Part shown: positions 26,208 to 38,773 of the stretch, in pieces
How the letters are laid out: the number at the start of each line of letters is the position of its first letter
Numbering within the stretch: the first letter of the stretch is position 1
The notes under the pieces: model-generated
The model's database searches: none
The model's input: the letters and a program-made list of their open reading frames with translations, nothing else
Told to the model about the DNA's origin: nothing
Assembly: GCF_006345805.1 (NCBI RefSeq)
Contig: NC_043021.1
Location: 26,288,001-26,352,000 of the forward strand
DNA from: Octopus sinensis
Lineage: Eukaryota
DNA: 64,000 bases
Direction: 5' to 3'
Position numbers and translations under genes: made by a program

Positions 26208-28412
26208 TATCATCATCATCATCATCATCGTTTAACGTCCGTTTTCCGCGCTAGCACAGGTTGGACGGTTCGACTGGGGTCTGGGAAGCCAGGGGCTGCA
26301 CCAGGCTCCAGTCTGATCTGGCAGTATTTCTACAGCTGGATGCCCTTCCTGACGCCAACCACTCCGCGAGTGTAGTGGGTGCTTTTTACGTGCCACCGGC
26401 ACAGGTGCCAGGGGAATCTGGCATCAGCAACGATCGGTTGGTGCTTTTAATGTGCCACCGGCACGGAAGCCAGCGAAAGCTGCGCTGGCATCGGCCACGT
26501 TCGGATGGTGCTTTTTATGTGCCACCAGCACAGAAGCCAGTCGAGGCGGCGCTGGCATCAGCCGCGTTCAGATGGTGTTTTTTATGTGCCACCGGCACAG
26601 GTATCACACTACTACTGTTTCCATTGATATTTATTTCAATGTTCATGTGCATGCGCTTGACTCAACAGGTCTCCTCAAGCACAGCGAGATGTTCTGGGAT
26701 CCAAGGTACTTTGGGCAGGGGCTATGCGGAACTGGTGCAGGAAGCAGCCCGGGTCTTTGCAGTCACAGCACATCTCCAGAGATCTCGGTCCTTCGCCATT
26801 GCCTCAGTGAGGCCCAACACTCTGAGGTCATGCTTGACTACCTCATCCCATGTCTTCCTGGGTTTACCTCTTCCCCTGATTCCTTCAACTGTTTGGGAGC
26901 GGCACTTCTTCACACATCTCTCTTCATCCATCCGCAGTACATGACCATACCATCGCAAGCGTCGCTCTTGCACACCACATCTGATGCTTCTTATGTCCAG
27001 CATTTCTCTTGGGGCGCTTACACTCTGTCTTGCGTGCACACTGACATTACACATCAAGCGGATCATGCTAGCTTCATTTCTTTCAAGTCTACGCATGTCC
27101 TCTGCAATCACGGCCCATGTTTCACTACCATGAAGCATGGCAGTTCGCACACATGCATCATACAATCTACCTTTCACTCTGAGTGAGAGACCCTTTGTCG
27201 CCAGTAGGGGTAGGAGCTTTCTAAACTTTGCCCAGGCTATTCGTATTCTAGTGGTGACACTCTCTGAGCATCCACCTCCACTACTAACTTGGTCACCCAG
27301 GTAGCGGAAACTATCAACTACTTCTAGTTTCTTCCCCTGGAGTGTGATGGAATCTGTTTTTTGAGTGTCTGTGGTGTCTATTGCTCCTGTGCATCTGCCG
27401 CACATGAAAGCTATTTTATCAGTTAATTTCCCTTTGATGTTGCTGCACCTCTTATGCGTCCATAGCTTACACTGGGTACATCTTATGGAGTTTCTACCTA
27501 CACCTTTCCTACAGATCAAGCAGGGCCACCTGCCCGATGGAGTGTGTGCTGAGTTCGCCTTTCTGCTTACTATAATTTTGGTCTTTGCTACATTTACTCT
27601 AAGGCCCTTTGATTCTAACCCTTGTTTCCACACCCGAAATTTCTTTTCTAGTTCCGGTAGTGATTCTGCTATGAGAGCCAGGTAATCAGCATAGAGGAGC
27701 TCCCAGGGGCAACCTGTTTTGAATTCCTCTGTTATTGCCTGGAGGACTATGATGAATAAAAGGGGACTGAGGGCTGAGCCTTGGTGTACACCTACTTCTA
27801 CCCAGAATTCTTCACTATATTCGTTGCCAATCCTAAACTTGCTGACAGCCTCTCTGTATAGGGCCTCTACAGCCCTTATTAGCCATTCGTCAATCTCCAG
27901 TTTCTGCATCGACCACCAGATAAGGGATCGGGGGACCCTGTCAAAGGCTTTCTCCAAGTCCACAAAAGCTATGTAGAGGGGTTTATCTTTAGCTAGGTAC
28001 TTCTCCTGCAGCACAAAACCGAACTGCATCTCATCTAAGCAAATTCTCTCCCTAATGAGATGGGTTATGACCCTCTCTGTGACCTTCATCACCTGATCCA
28101 ACAGTTTAATACCCCTAGAGCATCACCCTTACCCTTGTAGCAGTTGACTATGGTGCTGCTATGCCAGTCATTGGGTATGATTCCATTATGAACTACCTGG
28201 TTTACAATGCGGGTGACTAGGCCATAGCCCACACAACCAGCTGTTTTAAGCATCTCAGCAGTGATTCCTGATGGGCCGGGGGCTTTACCTGGTTTCATAC
28301 CCTTAATTGCCTTAACTACAAGGGAGCTGTCTATTTGGATAGCTGGTCCCTCTACTGGGTCAACATTTGGCAGGCTCTCCTCCTCCCATTCATTCTCCAC
28401 ATTCAGCAGTCT
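26208..28412 (-). mobile_element. 5'-truncated RTE-clade LINE, RT region with PHD-like finger, catalytically mutated
   Basis: KAPGPSGITAEMLK, FVDLEKAFDRVP, GVHQGSALSPLLF, LLYADYL, FRYLG, RLRWYGHVLRM, GRGKPRKTW; (GAT)n tail at ~26208-26229. Confidence 0.95.
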
Positions 28413-28425
28413 TACATATACATAC

Positions 28426-28468
<43 letters not shown>

Positions 28469-28975
28469 TATATACACACACATACACACACACACACATA
28501 CATGAATATGATGGGGTTTCATTCAGTATCCATTTCCGCCTACCAAATCCGCTTGCAAGGCTTTGGCCAGGCCCTGAGGCTATAGCAGAAGATACTTGCC
28601 TAAGGTGCCATGCAGAAGGACTGAACCTGAAACCACATTTCTGAAGCAAACAGCTTAACCACCCGGCCAAAAGCCATGCTTTGCAGTTTAAACAAAGAGC
28701 AGATCGTAAACAAGAGCCTGATTGCAGACAGTCAAACATTCAACAGCAAAAATCCATAACAGACGGTGTGTCCTCATTATTTCATTGCTATCAGAACATT
28801 GACAAGGAGGGAGTACTTACCTGCTCATTGATCAGATAACTCTTAACTCTCTTGTAATCATACTTATAGGGTTTATCTTTTGAATCTGAACTACATTTCC
28901 TGATCCAGGAAGATTTCACAATCATGACATTCCAAACATTGTAATCTAAATTACTTGGCACATATTTGCCTGAGT

Positions 28976-31900
28976 GGACACGAGAGGCCCTTGACAAGCG
29001 TTAGAGGAATGGGGGTTGTTTAGCCCCAGGATACGAGAGGTCTTTGGCAAGCGCTAGAGGAATGGGGGTTGTTTAGCCCCAGGATACGAGAGGTCTTTGG
29101 CAAACGCTTCAAGAATGGGGGTTGTTTAGCCCCAGGATACGAGAGGTCTGTGGCAAGCGCTAGAGGAATGGGGGTTGTTTAGCCCCAGGATACGAAAGGC
29201 CTTCGGCAAGTGCTTGAGGAGTGGGGGTTCTTTAGCCTCAGGATACGAGAGGTCTTTGGCAAGCGCTAGAGGAATGGGGGTTGTTTAGCCCCAGGATACG
29301 AAAGGCCTTCGGCAAGTGCTTGAGGAATGGGGGTTGTTTAGCCTCAGGATACGAGAGGTCTTTGGCAAGCGCTAGAGGTATGGAGGTTGTTTAGTGCCAG
29401 GATACGAGAGGTCTTTGGCAAGCGCTAGAAGAATGGGGGTTGTTTAGACCCAGGATACGAAAGGCCTTCGGCAAGTGCTTGAGGAGTGGGGGTTGCTTAG
29501 CCCCAGGATACGAGAGGTCTTTGGCAAGCGCTTGAGGAATGGGGGTTGTTTAGCCCCAGGATACGAGAGGTCTTTGGCAAGTGCTTGAGGAATGGGGGTT
29601 GTTTAGCCCCAGGATACAAGAGGCCTTTGGCAAGTGCTTGAGGAATGGGGGTTGTTTAGCCCCAGGATACGAGAGGTCTTTGGCAAGTGCTTCAAGAATG
29701 GGGGTTGTTTAGCCCCAGGATACGAGAGGTCTTTGGCAAGCACTTGAAGAATGGGGGTTGTTTAGCCCCAGGATACGAGAGGTCTTTGGCAAGCGGTTGA
29801 GGAATGGGGGTTGTTTAGCCCCAGGATACGAGAGGTCTTTGGCAAGCACTTGAAGAATGGGGGTTGTTTAGCCCCAGGATACGAGAGGTCTTTGGCAAGC
29901 GCTTCAAGAATGGGGGTTGTTTAGCCCCAGGATACGAGAGGTCTTTGGCAAATGCTTCAAGAATGGGGGTTGTTTAGCCCCAGATTATGAGAGGTCTTTG
30001 GCAAACACTTCAAGAATGGGGGTTGTTTAGCCCCAGGATACAAGAGGTCTTTGGCAAACGCTTCAAGAATGGGGGTTGTTTAACCCCAGGATACGAGTGG
30101 TTTTTGGCAAGCACTTCAAGAATGGGGGTTATTTAGCCCCAGGATACAAGAGGTCTTTGGCAAACGCTTCAAGAATGGGGGTTGTTTAACCCCAGGATAC
30201 GAGAGGTTTTTGGCAAGCACTTCAAGAATGGGGGTTATTTAGCCCCAGGATATGAGAGGTCTTTGGCAAACGCTAGAGGAATGGGGGTTGTTTAGCCCCA
30301 GGATACGAAAGGCCTTTGGCAAGCGCTAGAGGAATGGGGGTTGTTTAGCCCCAGGATATGAGAGGTCTTTGGCAAACGCTTCAAGAATGGGGGTTGTTTA
30401 GCTCCAGGATACGAGAGGTCTTTGGCAAGTACTTCAAGAATGGAGTCATTTAGCCCCAGGATACAAGAGGCCTTTGGCAAGCGCTTGAGGAGTGGGGATT
30501 CTTTGGCCCCAGAATACAAGAGGACTTTGGAAAGCGCTTGAGAAATATGGGTTGTTTAGCCCAAGGATATGAGAGGCATTTGGCAAGCGCTTGAGAAATG
30601 GGGGTTGTTTCAGTACCAGGATACGAGAGGTCTTTCCCAAGAGCTTGAGGAATGGGGGTTCTTTGGCCCCAGAATACGAGAGGTCTTTGGCAAGCGCTAG
30701 AGGAATGGGGGTTGTTTAGCCCCAGGAGACGAGAGGCATTTGTGCAAGCGCTTCAGGAATGGGGGTTGTTTAAGCACCAGGATACGAGAGGTCTTTGGCA
30801 GGGACTAGAGGAATGGGGGTTGTTTAGCCCCAGAATACGAAAGGCCTTTGGCAAGCGCTTGAGAAATAGGGTTTGTTTAAGCACCAGGATACGAGAGGCC
30901 TTTGGCAAGAGCTTAGGGATGGGGGTTGTTTAAGGAACAGGATACGAGGGGTCTTTGGCAAGTGCTTAGGGATGGGGGTTGTTTATCCCCAGGATCCGAG
31001 AGGCCTTTGGCAAGCGCTTCAAGAATGGGGGTTCTTTAGCCCCATGATAGGAGAGGCCTTTGTCAAGCGCTTCAGGAATGGGGGTGGTTTAGCCCCAGGA
31101 TACGGGAGGTCTTTTGCAAGCACTTGAAGAATGGGGGTTGTTAAAGCATCAGGATACGAAAGGTCTTTGGCAAGCGCTAGAGGAATGGGGGTTATTTAGC
31201 CCCAGGATACGAGAGGTCTATCGCAAGCGCTAGAGGAATGGGGGTTGTTTAAGTACCAGGATACGAGAGGCCTTTCACAAGCGCTTGAGGAATGGGGTTT
31301 GTTTAGCCCCAGGATACGAGAGGACTCTGGCAAACACTTGAGGAATGGGGTTTGTTTAGCCGCAGGATACGAGAGGTCTTTGGCAAGCGCTTCAGGAATG
31401 GGGGTTGTTTAGCCCCAGGATACAAGAGGCCTTTGGCAAGCGCTTGAGGAATGGGGGTTGTTTAAGTACCAGGATACGAGAGGCCTTTCACAAGCGCTTG
31501 AGGAATGGGGTTTGTTTAGCCCCAGGATACGAGAGGACTCTGGCAAACACTTGAGGAATGGGGTTTGTTTAGCCGCAGGATACGAGAGGTTTTTGGCAAG
31601 CGCTTCAGGAATGGGGGTTGTTTAAGCACCAGGATACGAGAGGTCTTTGGCAAGCGCTTGAGGAATGGGGGTTGTTTAGCCCCAGGATACGAGAGGTCTT
31701 TGGCAAGCGTTTGAGGAATGGAGGTTGTTTAGCCCCAGGATACAAGAGGCCTTTGGCAAGCGCTTGAGGAATGGGGGTTGTTTAGCCCCAGGATACGAGA
31801 GGTCTTTGGCAAACGCTTCAAGAATGGGGGTTGTTTAAGCATCAGGTTACGAGAGGCCTTTGGCAAGCGCTTGAGGAATGAGGGTTGTTTAAGCACCAGG

Positions 31901-34900
31901 ATACGAAAGGCCTTTGGCAAGTAATGAGGAATGGGGTTTGTTTAAGCACCAGGATACGAGAGGTCTTTGGCAGGGACTAGAGGAATGGGGGTTGTTTAGC
32001 CCCAGGATACGAAAGGCCTTTGGCAAGCGCTTGAGAAATAGGGTTTGTTTAAGCACCAGGATACGAGAGGCCTTTGGCAAGAGCTTGAGGAATGGGGGTT
32101 GTTTAAGGAACAGGATACGAGAGGTCTTTGGCAAGTGCTTAGGGATGGGGGTTGTTTATCCCCAGGATCCGAGAGGCCCTTGGCAAGCGCTTCAAGAATG
32201 GGGGTTGTTTAGCCCCGTGATACGAGAGGCCTTTGTCAAGCGCTTCAGGAATGGGGATTGTTTAGCCCCAGGATACGAGAGGCCTTTGTCAAGCGCTTGA
32301 GGAATGGGGGTTGTTTAAGCACCAGGATACGAGAGGTCTTTGGCAAGCGCTTGAGGAATGGGGGTTGTTTAGCCCCAGGATACGAGAGGTCTTTGGCAAG
32401 CGCTTCAGGAATTGGGGTTGTTTCAGCATCAGGATACGAGAGGCCTTTGGCAAGCGCTTGAGGAATGGGGGTTGTTTCAGAACCATGATACGGGATATTC
32501 TTTGCAAGCACTTGAAGAATGGGGGTTGTTCAGCCCCAGAATACGAGAGGCCTTTGGCAAGTGCTTGAGGAATGGGGGTTGTTTAGCCCCAGGATACGAG
32601 AGGTCTTTGGCAAGCGCTTGAGGAATGGGGGTTGTTTATGTACCAGGATACGAGAGGTCTTTCGCAAGCGCTTGAGGAATGGGGGTTGTTTAGCCCCAGG
32701 GTACGAGAGGCCTTTGGCAAGCGCTTGAGGAATGGGGGTTGTTTAGCCCCAGGATACGAGAGGTCTTTGGCAAGCGCTTCAGGAATGGGGGTTGTTTAAG
32801 CACCAGGATACGAGAGTTCTTTGGCAGGTACTAGAGAAATGGGGGTTGTTTAGCCCCAGGATATGAAAGGCCTTTGGCAAGCGCTTGAGAAATAGGGTTT
32901 GTTTAAGCACCAGGATACGAGAGGCCTTTGGCAAGAGCTTGAGGAATGGGGGTTGTTTAAGGAACAGGATACGAGAGGTCTTTGGCAAGTGCTTAGGGAT
33001 GGGGGTTGTTTATCCCCAGAATCCGAAAGGCCCTTGGCAAGCGCTTCAAGAATGGGGGTTGTTTAGCCCCATGATACGAGAGGTCTTTGGCAAGCGTTTG
33101 AGGAATGGGGGTTGTTTAGCCCCATGATACGAGAGGTCTTTCTCAAGCGCTTCAGGAATGGGGGTGGTTTAGCCCCAGGATACGCGAAGCCTTTGTCAAG
33201 CGCTTGAGGAATGGGGATTGTTTCAGAACCATGATACGGGATATTCTTTACAAGCACTTGAAGAATGGGGGTTGTTCAGCCCCAGAATACGAGAGGCCTT
33301 TGGCAAGAGCTTGAGGAATGGGGGTTGTTTAGCCCCAGGATACGAGAGGTCTTTGGCAAGCGCTAGAGGAATGGGGGTTTTTTAAGCACCAGGATACGAG
33401 AGGTCTTTGGCAAGCGCTTGAGGAATGGGGGTTGTTTATGTACCAGGATACGAGAGGTCTTTCGCAAGCGCTTGAGGAATGGGGGTTGTTTAGCCCCAGG
33501 GTACGAGAGGCCTTTGGCAAGCGCTTGAGGAATGGGGGTTGTTTAGCCCCAGGATACGAGAGGTCTTTGGCAAGCGCTAGAGGAATGGGGGTTATTTAGC
33601 CCCAGGATACGAAAGGCCTTCGGCAAGCGCTTCAGGAATGGGGGTTGTTTAGTACCAGGATACGAGAGGTCTTTCGCAAGCTCTTGAGGAATGGGGGTTG
33701 TTTAGCCCCAGGGTACGAGAGGTCTTTGGCAAGCGCTAGAGGAATGCCGGTTGTTTAACCCCGGGATACGAAAGGCCTTTGGCAAGCGCTTCAGGAATAG
33801 GGGTTGTTTAGTAGCGGCAAATGAGAAGTCTTTGGCAAGCAGTTGAGGAATGGAGGTTGTTTAAGCATCAGGATACGAGAGGTCTTTGGCAAGCGCTTGA
33901 GAAATGGGGGTTGTTTAAGCATCAGGATACGAGAGGCCTTTGGCAAGCGCTTGAGGAATGGGGGTTGTTTAACCCCAGGGTACGAGAGGCCTTTGGCAAG
34001 CGCTTGAGGAATGGGGGTTGTTTAGCCCCAGGATACGAGAGGTCTTTGGCAAGCGCTTCAGGAATGGTGGTTGTTTAAGCATCAGGATACGAGAGGCCTT
34101 TGGCAAGCGCTTGAGGAATGGGGGTTGTTTAACCCCGGGATACGAAAGGCCTTTGGCAAGCGCTTCAGGAATAGGGGTTGTTTAGTAGCGGCAAATGAGA
34201 AGTCTTTGGCAAGCAGTTGAGGAATGGAGGTTGTTTAAGCATCAGGATACGAGAGGTCTTTGGCAAGTGGTTGAGGAATGGGGGTTGTTTAGCCCCAGGA
34301 TACGAGAGGTCTTTGGCAAGCGTTTGAGGAATGGGGGTTGTTTAGCCCCAGGATACGAGATGTCTTTGGCAAGCGTTTGAGGAATGGGGGTTGATTAAGC
34401 ACCAGGATACGAGAGGTCTTTGGCAAGCGCTTGAGGAATGGGGGTTGTTTAGCCCCAGGATACGAGAGGTCTTTGGCAAGCGTTTGAGGAATGGGGGTTG
34501 TTTAGCCCAAGTATACGAGAGGTCTTTGGCAAGCGCTTGAGAAATAGGGTTTGTTTAAGCACCAGGATACGAGAGGCCTTTGGCAAGAGCTTGAGGAATG
34601 GGGGTTGTTTAAGGAACAAGATACGAGAGGTCTTTGGCAAGTGCTTAGGGATGGGGCTTGTTTATCCCCAGGATCCGAGAGGCCCTTGGCAAACGCTTCA
34701 AGAATGGGGGTTGTTTAGCCCCATGATATGAGAGGCCTTTGTCAAGCGCTTGAGGAATGGGGGTTGTTTAAGCATCGGGATACGAGAGGCCTTTGGCGAG
34801 CGCTTGAGGAATGGGGGTTGTTTAAGCACCAGGATACGAAAGGCCTTTGGCAAGCAATGAGGAATGGGGGTTGTTTAAGCACCAGGATACGAAAGGCCTT

Positions 34901-35582
34901 TGGCAAGCGCTTGAGAAATAGGGTTTGTTTAAGCACTAGGATACGAGAGGCCTTTGGCAAGAGCTTGAGGAATGGGGGTTGTTTAAGGAACAGGATACGA
35001 GGGGTCTTTGGCAAGTGCTTAGGGATGGGGGTTGTTTATCCCAGAATCCGAGAGGCCCTTGGCAAGCGCTTCAAGAATGGGGGTTGTTTAGCCCCATGAT
35101 ACGAGAGGTCTTTGTCAAGCGCTTGAGGAATGGGGGTTGTTTCAGAACCATGATACGGGAGATCTTTTGCAAGCACTTGAAGAATGGGTGTTGTTTAGCC
35201 CCAGAATACGAGAGGCCTTTGGCAAGCGCTTGAGGAATGGGGGTTGTTTAGCCCCGGGATACGAGAGGTCTTTGGCAAGCGCTAGAGGAATGGGGGTTAT
35301 TTAGCCCCAGGATACGAGAGGTCTTTGGCAAGCGCTTGAGGAATGGGGGTTGTTTAAGTACCAGGATACGAGAGGTCCTTGGCAAGCGTTTGAGGAATGG
35401 GGTTTGTTTAGCCCCAGGATATGAGAGGTCTTTGGCAAGCGCTAGAGGAATGGGGGTTGATTAAGCACCCGGATACGAGAGGTCTTTGGCAAGCGCTTGA
35501 GGAATGGGGGTTGTTTAGCCCCAGGATACGAGAGGTCTTTGGCAAGCGGTTGAGGAATGGGGGTTGATTAAGCATCAGGATA
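28976..35582. repeat. Tandem satellite/minisatellite, 53-54-bp unit, ~124 copies
   Basis: Unit GAGGTCTTTGGCAAGCGCTTGAGGAATGGGGGTTGTTTAGCCCCAGGATACGA repeated head-to-tail, with variant units. Confidence 0.97.
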
Positions 35583-38500
35583 GACTTCATTGAAGACACT
35601 GCAGTCTTGAATCTCTTCTCTTTTCTGAAGATAGAAGTGATTTCAGAGATATTTGGAGAGATTTTCTTTTAAGCAGCAGTCTTTGTTTACAAGTGTTAGA
35701 AATCAGTGCAAGATGAAAGAAGACAAGGGGGAAATGTGTTTTGTTTTTTGTCCATTTTTACCATTCTGGCATGGAATGGATTATTGATGCGTTGGTTTAC
35801 AGCCAGATGCCCTTCTTGTCACTAATCTCTACTTGTTTTCAAGGAAGAGATCTTATGTTTGATATTTCTTCAAACGCCTGAAGCAAGAGGACAATTTTGT
35901 AACAGAAGAATAGATGAAACCACCAACCTCGCCCATCACTCAGAATGAGTGACCATTCAAGGAGGGCAAATGCAAACAAACATAGATTCACATCTACCTG
36001 TACACACACACACACATGCATGCATACACATATGTACGATGGGCTCCTTTCAGTTCCACCTAGCAAATTCATTCACAAGGCATTGGTTGACCCCCCACGG
36101 ACACTTGCTCAAGTTGCCACACTGTGGACTGAACTCAAAACCACAGGGTTGGGAGGCAGACCTGTTAGCAGCCAGCCACACCTGCTCCTTCATATTTCAG
36201 CCACATTTGATGGTGGGTCTAAGTGACATCAGCAGATTTGAAAAGAACTGCTTTTTTTTTTTAAGTTCTAACATGAAATTCAGAGAGAACCTTCCAGAAG
36301 TTTATATAAGCCTTGAATTTTCAGTCTCATTTGAAATCCTTTCAGTTGGAATATGTTCGTCAGTCATAGCCACATTCTGTTTTCCACTTTATTTCCCCTT
36401 CAGTCAGTGGTCTTTGGATAAATTAACCCCAGGTCTTGGTTTGAAGTCTAGTACTCATCCTATCGATTTCTTTTGCCAAAATGCTAAGTTATAGGGACGT
36501 AAACTAACCAACACCAGTTGTCAAGCACTTGTTAATAGGGTGGGTGGGGGTCAAATGCAAATACAAACACACACACAACAGGCTTCTTTCAGTTTCCATC
36601 TCGCAAATCCTCTTACAAGGTATTGATCAACCCAGACCTATAGTAGAAGACATTTGCCAAGGGTACAGTGGCACTGAACCCTAAACCATGTGATTAAGAA
36701 GCAAATATCCCACAACCCTGCCTATAAGATGATCCCTCACAACCCTTTGTCGTGTTTCTTTTTCTCTCTCAAGTATTAAACAAGATCTGAAAACTTCTTT
36801 CTCTCTTGTTTTCAACCAAGGCTTTCAAATTGGAAAAGGTTTTGTGATGTGTCACCAAGCTAGCGCCAGGTTCTCCTGCATGGCCATCCTCATAATCATC
36901 GTCTTCCCCCCCACATCTACATCTACAGCTAGGTTGACTTATAAAATATATTCATTTGCCTATCAAACACACACATTCCTTTGAAAGGAACAACAGTTTC
37001 TTGCTGTGCAAATTTATCAGGCTGCCATGTTCCATAGTCACTGTGCATAACGATCGACAGAATTAATTAAATAAATTCAATACTATAACATATTCCTTTC
37101 CATTCCTTTCGTCTCACCTTTGACATAATTCCCTTTGTTAAGAATCAATGGTATTACCTTAACGATAATATTGCCCCTCCCAGCCAATTACTGGAAGAAA
37201 AACACTATTGAACCAAGTCACAAGTCTAAGATTCCTTGACTGGTTAACAAAGGTGAAAGAAATAAAAACAGCTAAAACTAAAACGGAGATTTACTTGCAT
37301 AGCAAGTGACTTGATCTAAGATTGTGTGCTTGAATGAAAACAATTGCAGTGTGGAAGATGTTTATAAGCCATTTAAGAAACACACAAAATTCATTAGATT
37401 CACTTCAACATTTAGATTTAATTTGCCAAAATATTTTCATCGCTTTGAGACCATGACCTGATCACTGACAAAATTCCGTGTTGATATCTGTTATGTCTAA
37501 GACATTGGTGTTTTTCCATAAATACACAGACAAAAGACAGCAATTCTCTGCAGTCACTGGAGCTAGGAATGGTGCACTGTTGGTAGAACTAATCAAAACA
37601 TCCTTCTACAATACTTATTCATTCCTGTTTCAGCATTGCCAACAAAAAAATGTGATTCTGTCCTTTTTAATTATGGATCCTGTGGTTCTTCTTCACCCAT
37701 GAATCAATACAAATTATGTTGGAAAGTGGACATTCACTCTTTAGCATTTAAACCAGCCATATCCAGCCCAAATATTCTGTTTTATGGTCAAAACAGCCTG
37801 ATCCATCCTTTCACACCTACCCTTCAATGTCATTCTGAAGTTATAAAATCACATCATTGAAATCTCAAAGCTACAAGAAATAGACAATTAATTCAAAATG
37901 ATGAGAATTCATAAGTATTGAATTTTGACAGAGTAATCTGAACGATAAATGGTTAAAAAAAAAAACAATACTATTTTTGATGATTTGATGTGGTTTAATT
38001 TATTATTCCTTTTCAACATCATTTTTTGTTTTGTGTCAACATTCACTTTTCCATGTTTGCATGAAGTTTATTGGAACAGATTCTCTACAGCTGGATCACC
38101 AACTTCCATCACCAACTCTCCCCTTCATTAAAGAGAACTTCCACAACTATTGATGGCAGACAACTTATTGACCTTAAATTCTTTATGTGTTAGCACAGCA
38201 ATGTTGTGTATTTTGAAGCAACACCTACAATTCGTTTTGCTGGGTCTTTGCGAATGGCAAAAAAGAAAAGGGCAAAAGAAATGATGACTTTCAATTTAAC
38301 CCAAAATCAAAGATTTTATGCAAATGTTTTCAGTGGAGAGGACTCCATTCAAGTCATCCAAAGACCAAATCATGAATTAAATGTAGCTTCTTCTAATACT
38401 GGAAATTGTACGAGTGAACATGTTGTATATATCTAGATCTTAAAACTACTGCTTGTTAAAGGAGATCATTTTCTGACATGCCACCGTTTTTCAGGACTTT

Positions 38501-38739
38501 GTCTCTGAATATTTAGGCTTTTGGGAGATGCTTAGCATTTTAGTTAACAGAATGGTAGACTGTGAGTGGTATTCAACTGCACCAAAGAATTTCAGTTAAA
38601 TGCATCAACCCCAGCCCTTGTTTTCTTTTTATACTTCGTACATATTACATCAGTTTCCTTTGCCAAACTGCTAAGTTACAGGGGACGTAAACACACCAGT
38701 CGTCAAGCAGTGGTGGGGGACAGAGACATACACACACCC

Positions 38740-38771
<32 letters not shown>

Positions 38772-38773
38772 TA

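Noticed and set aside
26261-27976. Plus-strand ORFs of 85-244 aa
   Set aside because: Antisense shadows of the RTE ORF.
28976-35582. CRISPR-like array, or coding ORFs in the satellite
   Set aside because: Units are contiguous with no unique spacers and there are no cas genes; the ORFs are frame-shifting translations of the repeat.
37280-37485. Repeat with a possible highly diverged hammerhead on the minus strand
   Set aside because: No CUGANGA core is readable in this copy; too degenerate to call.
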